From NCBI GenBank assembly GCA_036158955.1, contig JAYYFI010000014.1, forward strand, positions 3,837 to 67,836: DNA of 64,000 nucleotides. The letters are read 5' to 3'. The translations under genes and the position numbers were made by a program. Shown here one piece after another: positions 50,561 through 60,995 of this stretch (positions are counted from its first letter, which is position 1; each line of letters begins with the position of its first letter). This DNA comes from Pseudomonadota bacterium. Its GTDB lineage: Bacteria; Pseudomonadota; Gammaproteobacteria; Ga0077536. The notes below the pieces were generated by a model. The model was not told where the DNA came from and made no database searches. It saw only the letters and a list, made by a program, of their open reading frames with translations.

Positions 50561-52192
50561 TTAATTTTTACCCATATCTTCATCGTCTTTTTGACTCAAA
50601 TCTTTATTACTATCAATATCGATATCTAAATCTAAATCCACATCTAGAGATAAGTTTTCCTCAGCCAGTTTTTCGTTTAACTCGCTTTTAAATGCCTGAT
50701 ATTTTTCGGTAACAAGCTTCCATTCATCAGATTCTGGCTCAAAAAAATCTCGAATCTTAGAGTAATGACTATCAAAATTTTGAGCTTCACAGCTATCTTT
50801 AAATATTTTTAATAACAGAATATGCAATTCTACAGAGTTGGGAAATTTCTCCAGCGCACTTTTGCTCTCTCGAATCGCATCTTCGTATCGTTCATATGCA
50901 AGATAAGAGTTAATAGATAGAATAATTTGAGAGTCAGGTTCAGAATCTACGCTTCGATTTTCAGCGCTTACGCTATTTTGTTTTCTACTGGCACTAAATT
51001 GTAATTCAGGATTTTTGGCACCTTCAGAGACCATAGTTTTTTCCTTGGTTTTATTATCACTGTCTTCATTCGCGAAACTAATATCCATTTGCCTAATTCT
51101 GGCCTTGCTCTTTTTGAAAAGTATGAATCCAATACCAACCGCTAGTGCAAAGAAACTACCCAAAAGCAAATAAAACCAAAAGTTGACAACATTATTTGAA
51201 TCCAAAGAATTTGAAACTGGGGAAGTTAAATTCTTATCAGAATTCAATTTTAAAGACTTTATTTCAGCCCTCATCTTTGCAAGCTCTTCAGATTGCTCAT
51301 CAAATTTTTTCTCCAGCAAGCTCATTGCTTTTCTAGAACGCTCAAGTTGGATTTGCAAATCATTATCTGATTTTGTAAAAGCTGACTGCTCTAATTTTAA
51401 CGATGTTTCATTTTTACCAACTTCTAAAGCTCTCGTTTCACCAGAACTTAGAACCTTAAGCGCCAGCTGCTCACCATACTCTGAATTAATATCCAAGTTT
51501 TGATCTTGAAAATAATTTTGATTTTTCCAGTCGTCATATTGTTCGAAAAATAATTTTTTCGCCTCTGCTGTACTTAAAGAAACTATTGTTTCAATATCCG
51601 GGATTAAGAGTTCTGAATTGATTTTTAGCCTATTAATGTTTTCACCGAGAAATGCGTCAGGATTAAGTCGAAATATTGCCATCATCATTTGTTCAATCGA
51701 AAATGAATTATCCTGTAGGAAACGTTCTGCAATCGACCAAACAGTATCGGCCAACTTTACTTTAACCAAATAATTTTCTCCAGAGGCGGTTGTCAACAAA
51801 GTTGGAGGCTCAAGCAAGATATTAAAAATTCGAGAAACATTCATTCCATCCCTATTTAGCTGTAACCTAATTTGAATAAAAGGCTCCCTAACGTTTTGTC
51901 GAGTAGTCACTAAAACAATTTTTTTATCCTTTGTCTTGGAGACTATTTTACTATCAAATTCCATGATATTTTGACTGCCAAATTCTGAGTCACTTATCGA
52001 AGTAGTAATACTGTATTGTTCCGTTGGTAAACTTTGCGAGTTATCAATAATATCCACCTGGAACTGAAGAGGTTGATTTAAAAAAGAAAAAGTCTTTGGA
52101 TTCTTAAAACCCAGAGCAAAGACTTGACTTGTTAAGAAAAAGAGTGAAAATACACATAGAATAAAATGAGTATGATAACTGGACCGAAACAT
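50561..52192 (-). CDS. FimV/HubP-like LysM-domain membrane protein
   Basis: Signal/TM at the N-terminus, then a LysM-like segment (YLVKVKLADTVWSIAERF...LIPD), a coiled coil, a TM (FWFYLLLGSFFALAVGIGFILF), a C-terminal TPR-like helix pair and an acidic DLDLDIDID tail. Lies between asd and truA, as fimV does in Pseudomonas. Confidence 0.65.
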   Translation of the reverse strand: MFRSSYHTHFILCVFSLFFLTSQVFALGFKNPKTFSFLNQPLQFQVDIIDNSQSLPTEQYSITTSISDSEFGSQNIMEFDSKIVSKTKDKKIVLVTTRQNVREPFIQIRLQLNRDGMNVSRIFNILLEPPTLLTTASGENYLVKVKLADTVWSIAERFLQDNSFSIEQMMMAIFRLNPDAFLGENINRLKINSELLIPDIETIVSLSTAEAKKLFFEQYDDWKNQNYFQDQNLDINSEYGEQLALKVLSSGETRALEVGKNETSLKLEQSAFTKSDNDLQIQLERSRKAMSLLEKKFDEQSEELAKMRAEIKSLKLNSDKNLTSPVSNSLDSNNVVNFWFYLLLGSFFALAVGIGFILFKKSKARIRQMDISFANEDSDNKTKEKTMVSEGAKNPELQFSASRKQNSVSAENRSVDSEPDSQIILSINSYLAYERYEDAIRESKSALEKFPNSVELHILLLKIFKDSCEAQNFDSHYSKIRDFFEPESDEWKLVTEKYQAFKSELNEKLAEENLSLDVDLDLDIDIDSNKDLSQKDDEDMGKN

Positions 52193-52193
52193 A

Positions 52194-53234
52194 CTAATGG
52201 TTACTCAAATATTTAGAAATTAAAATTTCTGCTATTTGTATACTGTTTAGAGCCGCTCCTTTTCGAACGTTATCAGCAACGATCCATAAATTAAGACCAT
52301 TATCCATAGAAATATCTCTTCTAATTCTTCCCACATAAACCGCATCGCTCGCAGCTGCAGTAACAGCAGCTGTTGGATATTGACCCTCTTGATTATCTGG
52401 AAACACAATTAAGCCCGGGCTCTTTTCCAAAAGAGAAATAACATCCGACATTTGAAATTTTGTTTTTAACTCTAAACTAACAGCCTCCGAATGACCAAAG
52501 AAAACGGGAACGCGAACAGTAGTCGCATTCACTTGAATAGACTCATCGCCCAAAATTTTTTTCGTCTCCCAGACCATTTTCATCTCTTCCTTGGTATATC
52601 CGTTATCCATAAAATGATCAATCTGAGGTATACAATTAAAAGCAATCTGTTCAGGGTAAATATTTTTTTCGATTGTTTTAGCATTAAGTAAACTACTGGT
52701 CTGCAAAGCTAGCTCCTCAATTCCTGAACGACCACTACCCGATACAGACTGATAAGTAGCGACATTGACTCTTTTTATCCCATACATTTCATGAATAGGT
52801 TTCAACGCAACGACCATTTGTATGGTGGAACAATTAGGGTTTGCAATGATATTCGTTTTTTTAAATTGTTGTATATCAGAACTATTCACTTCAGGTACTA
52901 CCAGGGGAATATTGGATTCGTAGCGAAAAGCAGAAGTGTTATCAATAACTACGCAATTAGCGGCCGCAGCTTTAGGAACATATTTTTTTGATATGTCACC
53001 ACCCGCCGAAAAAAAGGCTATGTCAACGCTCTCGAAATCAAATTTTGATAATTCGGAAATTTTTACAGTTTTCTCACCACAAACTATAGTCTTGCCTAAC
53101 GATTTCGAGCTAGCAAGACCAAAAATATTTTTTATTGGAAATTGTCTTTCATTTAAAATTTCGAATATAGTCTCTCCGACTTGGCCAGTGGCACCCACAA
53201 CCGCAATATTGTACTTGATTGAATTATTACTCAT
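52194..53234 (-). CDS. asd: aspartate-semialdehyde dehydrogenase
   Basis: VVGATGQVG Rossmann motif and active-site NPNCSTIQ. ATG at 53234 (ATGAGTAA overlap with the leuB stop) is preferred over the track ATG at 53258. Confidence 0.9.
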   Translation of the reverse strand: MSNNSIKYNIAVVGATGQVGETIFEILNERQFPIKNIFGLASSKSLGKTIVCGEKTVKISELSKFDFESVDIAFFSAGGDISKKYVPKAAAANCVVIDNTSAFRYESNIPLVVPEVNSSDIQQFKKTNIIANPNCSTIQMVVALKPIHEMYGIKRVNVATYQSVSGSGRSGIEELALQTSSLLNAKTIEKNIYPEQIAFNCIPQIDHFMDNGYTKEEMKMVWETKKILGDESIQVNATTVRVPVFFGHSEAVSLELKTKFQMSDVISLLEKSPGLIVFPDNQEGQYPTAAVTAAASDAVYVGRIRRDISMDNGLNLWIVADNVRKGAALNSIQIAEILISKYLSNH

Positions 53235-54315
53235 CGTACAAATCCTGAAGTTTTCCAATGATTTTTTTTGTCAATTCACTTGTACCTATTACCTTCCCAT
53301 CTTTTATGGGAATATCTTTAGTACAAAATCCGCTCTCTATCACTGAATTTATTGAACTCGCGATTATTTGGGCCGCTTTCACTTCATTAAAACTATATTT
53401 AAACATCATAGCTACTGACATAATCATAGCAATGGGGTTGCAACAATTCTGTCCAGCAATATCTGGTGCAGAACCATGTACAGGTTCAAAAAGACCTTGT
53501 TTTGAATCATTGAGTGAAGCAGAAGGCAACATTCCAATTGAACCTGTTAGCATCGCCGCAAGGTCAGACAATATATCACCGAACATATTCTCAGTAACTA
53601 TCACATCAAACTGCTTAGGCTCGCGGACTAATTGCATCGCGGCATTATCAACATACATATTAGTCAATTCCACATTTGGATATTCCTGTGAAATTCTTTT
53701 AAAAGTATCTCTCCACAACTGTGATACCTCTAAAACATTTGCCTTGTCTACTGAACAAAGCTTGGAGGAGCGCTTTAAAGCAACTTCAAACGAAGCTCTA
53801 GCTATCCTTTCAATTTCATAAACGTTATATCTGAGCGTATTGAGGCCATAATGCTGCCCATCTTCCTCAAAAATTCCTCTGGGAAGACCGAAGTACAACC
53901 CCCCCGTTAACTCTCTTATGATCATAAGATCCAAATTATCAACAAGCTTAGTTTTAAGAGTTGAAGTATCGGCCATACCATTCAGAACAGTGGCTGGCCT
54001 CAAGTTACAGAATAAGTCCAATTCAGACCGAAGTTTTAAAAGACCAGCTTCTGGTCGATCTTTATTTTCAAGACTATCCCATTTCGGCCCGCCGACAGCT
54101 CCGAATAAAATTGCGTCTGACCTTTTCGCTAAGCTAAGAGTTTCCTCTGGAAGGGGTGTACCAGTTTGGTCTATAGCACTTCCTCCAACTAGCCCTTTTT
54201 CAACTTCAATATTTAGGATATTGCTGGATTGAAAAAACGTTATTAGCTCCAATGCTGAATCTGCAATTTCAACACCAATCCCATCTCCCGCCAATAGCAA
54301 AATTTTATATGTCAT
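53227..54315 (-). CDS. leuB: 3-isopropylmalate dehydrogenase
   Basis: NMFGDILSD signature. 362 aa. Confidence 0.95.
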   Translation of the reverse strand: MTYKILLLAGDGIGVEIADSALELITFFQSSNILNIEVEKGLVGGSAIDQTGTPLPEETLSLAKRSDAILFGAVGGPKWDSLENKDRPEAGLLKLRSELDLFCNLRPATVLNGMADTSTLKTKLVDNLDLMIIRELTGGLYFGLPRGIFEEDGQHYGLNTLRYNVYEIERIARASFEVALKRSSKLCSVDKANVLEVSQLWRDTFKRISQEYPNVELTNMYVDNAAMQLVREPKQFDVIVTENMFGDILSDLAAMLTGSIGMLPSASLNDSKQGLFEPVHGSAPDIAGQNCCNPIAMIMSVAMMFKYSFNEVKAAQIIASSINSVIESGFCTKDIPIKDGKVIGTSELTKKIIGKLQDLYDE

Positions 54316-54424
54316 AATTTATGTATTTATTAGTTTAAAGTGTAGAATATAGCAAAATTTTAACTTAAATAGTTCATTATGAATTGATTATGTCTACAAT
54401 CTTGGACCCTAGGAAGTTCGCAAT

Positions 54425-55624
54425 TTGAATACTCGTATCCAAAAACTGAATGAATATCCGTTTTCTAGACTAAAGAAACTAATCTGTGGAACAGAAACAG
54501 GATTATTGACACCAGAAATTGATTTTTCGATTGGAGAGCCCAAAACCGAGAGGCCAAAATTCGTCGAGAAAATTCTAAAAGACAATATTGCAGACATTTC
54601 AAAGTATCCGTCAGCCAAAGGAATTCCTGAATTGCGCGCCTCAATCGCAGACTGGGCTAGCCAGCGTTATAATTTGAATAATTGCCACCTAGATCCTGAA
54701 AAACATATACTTCCGGCTAGTGGAACTAGAGAATCATTATTTGGAATCAGTCAGGCATTGTACAAAAGTGATCCATCAAAACCTTATATCGGCATGCCCA
54801 ATCCTTTCTATCAAATCTATGAAGGCGCAGCAATACTTGCCGGAGCTACACCCTTGTATCTTCATCAACTAAATACATGCCACGGGTATTTGAAACTAAA
54901 CAACATTGGTCGAAATGACTGGATTAAGATTCAAATGCTTTATATTTGCACTCCAGCGAACCCAAGTGGTGAGACTTATTCTCTCAAAGATTTTGACTTA
55001 ATCATGCAAATAGCCAAAGAACATAATATTATTGTTGTCTCTGATGAATGTTACAGCGAAATTTATCCTCCCACTTCCAAACCCCCGGTCGGATTGCTTG
55101 AATGGTGTGAAAAAAGCGGGGAAAGAAATTTCTCAAACTGCATAGTGATGAATAGCCTTTCGAAAAGATCAGGCCTTCCTGGATTAAGGTCTGGATTTAT
55201 AGCTGGCGACGAACTCCTAATTTCTTCGTTCTCTCGGTATAGATCTTATCAAGGGGTAGCAATGCCGTTTCACGTGCAAAAAGCAAGTTCAGCAGCATGG
55301 AGCGACGAAGAGCATGTCAACCAAAACAGGAGTTACTACTCAAAAAACTTTCATGCGGCAAACGAGATTCTCGGCGATTTTCCTCTCTATGAGGAGCCGA
55401 AAGCGGGTTTTTTCATATGGTTAAAAATACCAACATGCGACCGAAAATTTACGAAAAATTTATACGATACTCACAAAATATTAGTAATGCCCGGAACCTT
55501 TTTAGCGAGAGAATCATTCGATATGAATCCGGGACTAAATTATATTAGAATCGCTTTGGTTCACAATCAAAAAAAATGTATCGAAGGACTAGAAAAAATC
55601 AGAAACTACTTGGTCGAACAATAG
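54425..55624 (+). CDS. dapC: class I aminotransferase, succinyldiaminopimelate transaminase-like
   Basis: N-terminus MNTRIQKLNEYPFSRL and PLP-lysine motif SLSKRSGLPGLRSG. TTG start. Immediately upstream of dapD. Confidence 0.75.
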   Translation: MNTRIQKLNEYPFSRLKKLICGTETGLLTPEIDFSIGEPKTERPKFVEKILKDNIADISKYPSAKGIPELRASIADWASQRYNLNNCHLDPEKHILPASGTRESLFGISQALYKSDPSKPYIGMPNPFYQIYEGAAILAGATPLYLHQLNTCHGYLKLNNIGRNDWIKIQMLYICTPANPSGETYSLKDFDLIMQIAKEHNIIVVSDECYSEIYPPTSKPPVGLLEWCEKSGERNFSNCIVMNSLSKRSGLPGLRSGFIAGDELLISSFSRYRSYQGVAMPFHVQKASSAAWSDEEHVNQNRSYYSKNFHAANEILGDFPLYEEPKAGFFIWLKIPTCDRKFTKNLYDTHKILVMPGTFLARESFDMNPGLNYIRIALVHNQKKCIEGLEKIRNYLVEQ

Positions 55625-55633
55625 GGGCACAAA

Positions 55634-56452
55634 ATGTTAAATATTGAACTAATTGAGGAAGCGTTTGAAAATCGAAATAAAGACAAATATGACCTGAGAG
55701 ATGAATCCATCCGCGAAAGTGTTGATGAATGCTTGTCTTTGGTCGACCAAGGAATAATACGGGTTGCCGAACCCAACGCAGGCGGATGGAAGGTCAATGA
55801 GTATATCAAAAAAGCCGTTCTTCTCTCTTTTTTATTATATCCAAATAAAAAAATAGATGGAGGAATGACGAATTATTTTGATAAAGTCGATTTAAAATAC
55901 AGAGAATATAAAAAAAGGGACTTTGAAGAATCTGGAGCTCGAATTGTACCCCCTGCGATAGTAAGAAAAGGTGCGTTTATAGCAAAAAACGTTGTACTTA
56001 TGCCCAGCTACGTAAATATCGGAGCTTATGTAGACGAAGGCACCATGATTGACACTTGGGCAACAGTTGGCTCATGCGCTCAAGTTGGAAAAAATGTACA
56101 TATCTCTGGAGGGGCTGGCTTAGGAGGGGTGTTAGAACCCATCCAGTCAAACCCTACAATTGTTGAAGACAATTGTTTTATTGGAGCTAGATCCGAAATT
56201 GTTGAGGGCGTAATTGTGGAAAAAGGTTCTGTTATTTCAATGGGAGTTTTTATAGGACAAAGCACTAAGATATATGACCGAGCAAGAGATGAGGTTTACT
56301 ATGGTAAAGTGCCTGCTGGTTCAGTAGTAGTACCTGGTTCACTTCCATCAAAAGATAAAAAATACAATTTGAACAGCGCTATAATTGTGAAGAGAGTAGA
56401 TGAGCAGACTCGCGCAAAAGTTTCTATTAATGAAATACTAAGGGATATCTAA
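55634..56452 (+). CDS. dapD: 2,3,4,5-tetrahydropyridine-2,6-dicarboxylate N-succinyltransferase
   Basis: Left-handed beta-helix hexapeptide repeats ([19 protein letters not shown]...[30 protein letters not shown]). 272 aa. Confidence 0.9.
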   Translation: MLNIELIEEAFENRNKDKYDLRDESIRESVDECLSLVDQGIIRVAEPNAGGWKVNEYIKKAVLLSFLLYPNKKIDGGMTNYFDKVDLKYREYKKRDFEESGARIVPPAIVRKGAFIAKNVVLMPSYVNIGAYVDEGTMIDTWATVGSCAQVGKNVHISGGAGLGGVLEPIQSNPTIVEDNCFIGARSEIVEGVIVEKGSVISMGVFIGQSTKIYDRARDEVYYGKVPAGSVVVPGSLPSKDKKYNLNSAIIVKRVDEQTRAKVSINEILRDI

Positions 56453-57789
56453 CTAATTTTTTCTAGAGCTCTCACCTGATCAGCTATAGTTTTCAAAATA
56501 TAGGAGCGAAGCTCCGGATCATCGCTTTCTACCAGAATCCTGATTATCGGCTCAGTTCCAGAGGGCCTCACCAAAATTCTACTCCTTCCATCGAGCTCAT
56601 TCTCAATCTGCGAAACGGTGTCTATTAGTCTTTTGTTATTGAATATTGCATGTTTATTATAAGTTTCTATATTTAAATTTTCTTGATGCCTCTTTGTCAT
56701 TCCTTTAACAAGCTGATTAATTGGTAGCCCAGCATTCTCTACAATTTCAAGTATGATATTCGCGCACACAAGGCCGTCTCCGTAAACCTCCCAGTCTGGT
56801 ATAATTATATGCCCAGAAGGCTCTCCCCCAAGCGACCAATTCAAATGGTGTAACTTCTTTATGATATTTTGATCGCCGACCGAGGTTCTTAAAAAAGGGA
56901 TTTCTAATTTATTTAATGCAATCTCAAGGCCTATATTACTCATAACGGTACCAACGACTCCCCCTTTAAGGGCATCTAGGTTTTGCATATATTTTGCAAT
57001 TAAATATAACAGGTCGTCACCATCTACAATCGCTCCTGAATCATCAACTATAATTAAACGATCCCCATCGCCATCAAAGGCAAACCCAATATCTGCTTGC
57101 TGCTTTAATACCTCTTTCTGTAAAAAAATGATATTTGTAGAACCGCAAAATTGATTGATATTAAAACCATTTGGTTTGTTAGCATATCTTATCAATTCAA
57201 ATGATTGCTTTTTAAAAAATTTATCAACTGCATAAGATAACGAGCCATTTGCACAATCTAAAATTATTCTCTTGGCGGTATACTTTTTCTTTTGATTAAT
57301 AAGTTTTAAATAACAGGCGACTCCATCAATATACTTGACTTTATTTTGTAATTTTTTCGCTGGTAATGATGGACTTTCTAGATCTTTAATTTTTTTCTCA
57401 ATTTCTTTTGTTTTACTTTCCAAAATCTTCTGACCTGTATCATCAAAAAATTTAAAACCATTATCAAAATATAGATTATGAGACGCACTGACCATGGCCC
57501 CACCTGCAAAATCATTCTTCGACACGAGTTTAGCCAGACCTGGAGTCGAAATCACACCGCACATTATGGGAGTGTATCCGGCAGCGACGACACCCGCAGC
57601 AAAGGACGATTCTAAAATCGGGCCCGAAATTCTGGTGTCTCTACCAATCAGGATGTCAAACGATTTAGAGGATTGACCGACCAAGGTCGCAAAAAGGTAA
57701 CCAAGTTTGGAGCTAACAGATGCATTAATCGGATATTTCCCAAATCGTCCCCTCACTCCGTCCGTACCAAACAGTTTTGTGTCACTCAT
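56449..57789 (-). CDS. glmM: phosphoglucosamine mutase
   Basis: Phosphoserine loop [15 protein letters not shown]. 446 aa. Confidence 0.95.
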   Translation of the reverse strand: MSDTKLFGTDGVRGRFGKYPINASVSSKLGYLFATLVGQSSKSFDILIGRDTRISGPILESSFAAGVVAAGYTPIMCGVISTPGLAKLVSKNDFAGGAMVSASHNLYFDNGFKFFDDTGQKILESKTKEIEKKIKDLESPSLPAKKLQNKVKYIDGVACYLKLINQKKKYTAKRIILDCANGSLSYAVDKFFKKQSFELIRYANKPNGFNINQFCGSTNIIFLQKEVLKQQADIGFAFDGDGDRLIIVDDSGAIVDGDDLLYLIAKYMQNLDALKGGVVGTVMSNIGLEIALNKLEIPFLRTSVGDQNIIKKLHHLNWSLGGEPSGHIIIPDWEVYGDGLVCANIILEIVENAGLPINQLVKGMTKRHQENLNIETYNKHAIFNNKRLIDTVSQIENELDGRSRILVRPSGTEPIIRILVESDDPELRSYILKTIADQVRALEKIS

Positions 57790-57826
57790 CCCAAGCTTTC
57801 CAATCGTATCCCATAATAGAGTTGGC

Positions 57827-57856
57827 AGTATAGAATAATACTGATTCTGATTGTAA
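57827..57856 (-). promoter_or_regulatory. candidate sigma70-type promoter for glmM
   Basis: Minus-strand TTACAA, 18 nt, then TATACT. The -10 ends 38 nt upstream of the glmM ATG. Hexamer match only. Confidence 0.25.
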
Positions 57857-57888
57857 GATTCGCACAGCTAGCTAGTCTCACTATCAAA

Positions 57889-59823
57889 CTAATGAGAACT
57901 AGCGGGACCTCCGATAGGTTTTTCGGGATCGTTGTTTGAGTTTTTGTTGATGGCTTCATCCGACTTAACGCCACCTCCATCTCCCGGAGGAGTATTATTG
58001 TCTGACCAATCGCTAGGAGGGCTGGGCTTCTTTCCCTCCATAATTTCGTCAATTTGGCCGGTATCTAAACTTTCGTATCTAATTAACGCGTCAGCCATCA
58101 CATGTAATTTGTCTTTATTATTCTCTAAGATATCAAGAGCCCTTTTATAATTTCTATCAACGATATTTCTTACTTCTTCATCTATCAAATGAGCAGTCTC
58201 ATCAGAGACAATTTTCTGCTGGGTAACTGATTTACCCAAAAATACTTCACCCTCATCATCACTGTAGGTTAATGGGCCCAATTTCTGCGACAAACCCCAT
58301 TTAGTTACCATATTTCTAGCAATATCTGTCACCCTCTCTATATCATTTGATGCTCCTGTCGTCACAGCATTCGAACCAAAAATAATTTCTTCGGCGATTC
58401 TACCTCCAAACAAGCTACTAATCTGACATTCTAAGCGCTCTTTACTGTAGCTTAATCTGTCCTCTTCTGGCAGAAACATAGTGACTCCCAATGCTCTACC
58501 CCTTGGTATTATGGTTACTTTGTAAACAGGATCGTGGACCGGTAACATTCTACCCACGATTGCGTGACCTGCTTCATGATAAGCAGTTAATTTTTTCTCA
58601 TCTTCGCTCATCACCATGGAGCGACGCTCTGCTCCCATCATAATCTTGTCTTTAGCTTTTTCGAATTCTTCCATTTCAACTAGACGTTTGCTAGCTCGTG
58701 CAGCAAACAATGCAGCTTCGTTGACTAAGTTTGCCAAGTCTGCTCCGGAAAAACCGGGGGTACCTCTTGCAAGAATGTTGGCTTTGACATTATCAGCACT
58801 TGGAACTTTGCGCATATGAACCTTAAGAATCTGTTCTCGACCTCTTATATCGGGTAAAGGTACGACTACCTGTCTATCAAACCTTCCCGGCCTCAATAGT
58901 GCTGGGTCCAAAACGTCAGGCCTATTAGTCGCTGCAATTACGATTACCCCTTCGTTACCCTCGAATCCATCCATTTCGACTAGTAACTGGTTAAGGGTTT
59001 GCTCTCTCTCGTCATGGCCTCCACCTAATCCTGCACCGCGATGCCTGCCCACGGCATCGATTTCATCAATGAAGGTAATACAGGGCGCATGTTTTTTCGC
59101 TTGTTCGAACATGTCTCTGACCCTTGAGGCACCAACCCCAACAAACATTTCGACAAAATCTGAACCGGAAATTGTGAAAAAAGGCACCTTTGCTTCCCCA
59201 GCTATGGCCTTTGCCAACAGAGTTTTTCCGGTACCTGGGGAACCAACCATAAGAACTCCACGTGGGATTTTTCCACCGAGCTTTTGAAATTTTCCAGGAT
59301 CTTTAAGGAAATCAACGAGTTCTTTTACTTCTTCCTTAGCCTCTTCTACACCGGCTACATCATTAAAAGTCACTCGCACCTGATCATCTGCCAACAACTT
59401 TGCTCGGCTTTTACCAAACGAAAGAGCACCTCTGCCCCCGCCTCCACCTTGCATCTGCCTCATGACATAAATCCAAACGCCGATGAGAAGTAAGAAAGGA
59501 AACCACGAAATGAAAATTTGGGTCAGTAAACTCTGGCGTTCAGGTGGCGTAGCTTCGATTCTCACTTGATTGTCGAGTAAGGAACCAATTAATGGGCCGT
59601 TATCAGTTTCAGGACTAAAAGTAAACATCCTTGAACCATCATGCATTTGGACTTCGATTTGGCTTCCATCGATTTTTACTGTGGACACCCGACCGCTTTT
59701 AACCGCAGACACAAAATCTGAGTAACTTATAGACGTATTTGAGGTTCTCTGAGGCGAGAAACTTTGAAAAACTATCATCATCACTAGGGCGATTATTACC
59801 CAAAGTACTATATTTCGTGCCAT
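57889..59823 (-). CDS. ftsH: ATP-dependent zinc metalloprotease FtsH
   Basis: Walker [15 protein letters not shown] second region of homology, and HEAGHA zinc motif. 644 aa. Confidence 0.95.
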   Translation of the reverse strand: MARNIVLWVIIALVMMIVFQSFSPQRTSNTSISYSDFVSAVKSGRVSTVKIDGSQIEVQMHDGSRMFTFSPETDNGPLIGSLLDNQVRIEATPPERQSLLTQIFISWFPFLLLIGVWIYVMRQMQGGGGGRGALSFGKSRAKLLADDQVRVTFNDVAGVEEAKEEVKELVDFLKDPGKFQKLGGKIPRGVLMVGSPGTGKTLLAKAIAGEAKVPFFTISGSDFVEMFVGVGASRVRDMFEQAKKHAPCITFIDEIDAVGRHRGAGLGGGHDEREQTLNQLLVEMDGFEGNEGVIVIAATNRPDVLDPALLRPGRFDRQVVVPLPDIRGREQILKVHMRKVPSADNVKANILARGTPGFSGADLANLVNEAALFAARASKRLVEMEEFEKAKDKIMMGAERRSMVMSEDEKKLTAYHEAGHAIVGRMLPVHDPVYKVTIIPRGRALGVTMFLPEEDRLSYSKERLECQISSLFGGRIAEEIIFGSNAVTTGASNDIERVTDIARNMVTKWGLSQKLGPLTYSDDEGEVFLGKSVTQQKIVSDETAHLIDEEVRNIVDRNYKRALDILENNKDKLHVMADALIRYESLDTGQIDEIMEGKKPSPPSDWSDNNTPPGDGGGVKSDEAINKNSNNDPEKPIGGPASSH

Positions 59824-59870
59824 AAAAATTCCATTTTTTCTTATTTATTTATCTAACATTAACAGATTTT

Positions 59871-60509
59871 TCAGTCCAAAACCCCCGAATCCGAACTTTT
59901 TTTTCTCTGTGCCAACACGTAAAATTCGGACGATTCAGACCTTGAAGATTTTGGTTTTAGTCGTTGCACAACCTCAAATCTATTTTGTATACGATTGTAA
60001 GCGCTAGCAGTATCTCCAAATTGAAAAAACTTAACTAAAAAAGCACCATTTTTTTGCAGGAATAATTGAGCTGTTGACAAAGAGACCTCCACCAACTTCA
60101 ACCACGCTGCCTCATCTTTAGCCTTAATTCCAGACAAATTAGGCGCCATATCAGACATGACAACATCAACTGAACCAGGTGCAAAGACTTTTTTAATTTT
60201 GTCTTCCAAGCACGCGTCGAGACAGTCTATTTTCAGACAGGTTCCATTCCTCACACTTCTAAAATCAATGCTGTCAATAGAAAGAATATGTCCGCGAGAA
60301 CCAATTATTTTACATGCGGCTTCAGACCAGCCGCCAGGTGCGGCTCCCATATCAATTACTTTATATCCCTTCTTAATAAAATGTTTTTTATCATTAATCT
60401 CAACCAACTTAAAAAATGCACGAGATCTGGCGGATAATTGGTTTCTTTGCTTTACAAATGGATCTTTTACTTGTCTATCAATCCATTTGCTGCTCGTTTT
60501 TCTTGACAT
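59871..60509 (-). CDS. rlmE: 23S rRNA (uridine2552-2'-O)-methyltransferase
   Basis: SAM motif VIDMGAAPGGWS. Conserved rlmE-ftsH adjacency. Confidence 0.9.
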   Translation of the reverse strand: MSRKTSSKWIDRQVKDPFVKQRNQLSARSRAFFKLVEINDKKHFIKKGYKVIDMGAAPGGWSEAACKIIGSRGHILSIDSIDFRSVRNGTCLKIDCLDACLEDKIKKVFAPGSVDVVMSDMAPNLSGIKAKDEAAWLKLVEVSLSTAQLFLQKNGAFLVKFFQFGDTASAYNRIQNRFEVVQRLKPKSSRSESSEFYVLAQRKKSSDSGVLD

Positions 60510-60518
60510 TCTAAATTT

Positions 60519-60995
60519 CTAAATGTAGCTAACGTCGATTATTTCATACTCAGTTTCCCCTTTTGGAGCTTTGACTACAACGATATCATCAATCATTTTG
60601 CCAATGATCGCCCTTGCGACCGGTGAAGAATATGAGACTAGTCCACTTTTTATATCCGCTTCATCCTCCCCAACAATTTTGTAGGTAACCGATTCACCTG
60701 TGTCAATGTTTTCCAACTGAACTGTACACCCAAATACCACTTTTTTACTTTCATTTATTTTTGAAATATCAATTATCTCGCAATTTGAAAGCTTTGACTC
60801 TATATCAGCTATTCGACCTTCATTAAAACTTGCCTGTTCTCTAGCAGCGTGATACTCAGCGTTCTCTTTTAAATCTCCGTGGGCCCGCGCCTCAGCAATG
60901 TCTTTTGAAATTTTTTGTCTAAGTACATTCTTTCTTTGATAGAGCTCTTCTTTTAACTTTTCGGCTCCGGTTATAGTCATTGGGGTTTTATTCAT
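60519..60995 (-). CDS. greA: transcription elongation factor GreA
   Basis: [18 protein letters not shown] matches the GreA N-terminus, plus [19 protein letters not shown] at 60995 (8-nt overlap with the carB stop) is preferred over 61013. Confidence 0.9.
   Translation of the reverse strand: MNKTPMTITGAEKLKEELYQRKNVLRQKISKDIAEARAHGDLKENAEYHAAREQASFNEGRIADIESKLSNCEIIDISKINESKKVVFGCTVQLENIDTGESVTYKIVGEDEADIKSGLVSYSSPVARAIIGKMIDDIVVVKAPKGETEYEIIDVSYI

Noticed and set aside
50611-50650. Short tandem ATC/TAA-rich hexamer repeats
   Set aside because: They lie inside the FimV-like ORF and simply encode its acidic DLDLDIDID tail. They are not a CRISPR or an intergenic VNTR.
52936-53346. 136-aa plus-strand ORF across the asd/leuB junction
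   Set aside because: It is antisense to the Rossmann-fold N-terminus of asd and the C-terminus of leuB. Shadow ORF.
53258-53821. 187-aa plus-strand ORF inside leuB
   Set aside because: It is antisense to the conserved leuB core (including the NMFGDILSD region), has no recognisable domain, and starts inside the asd/leuB overlap. Shadow ORF.
57786-58052. 88-aa minus-strand ORF bridging the ftsH 3' end and the ftsH-glmM gap, considered as a possible folP remnant
   Set aside because: Most of it is an alternative frame of the ftsH C-terminal coding region. It has no dihydropteroate-synthase-like sequence, and the gap itself is only 99 bp.
60157-60522. 121-aa plus-strand ORF opposite rlmE
   Set aside because: It is antisense to the SAM-binding core of rlmE and has no motif.
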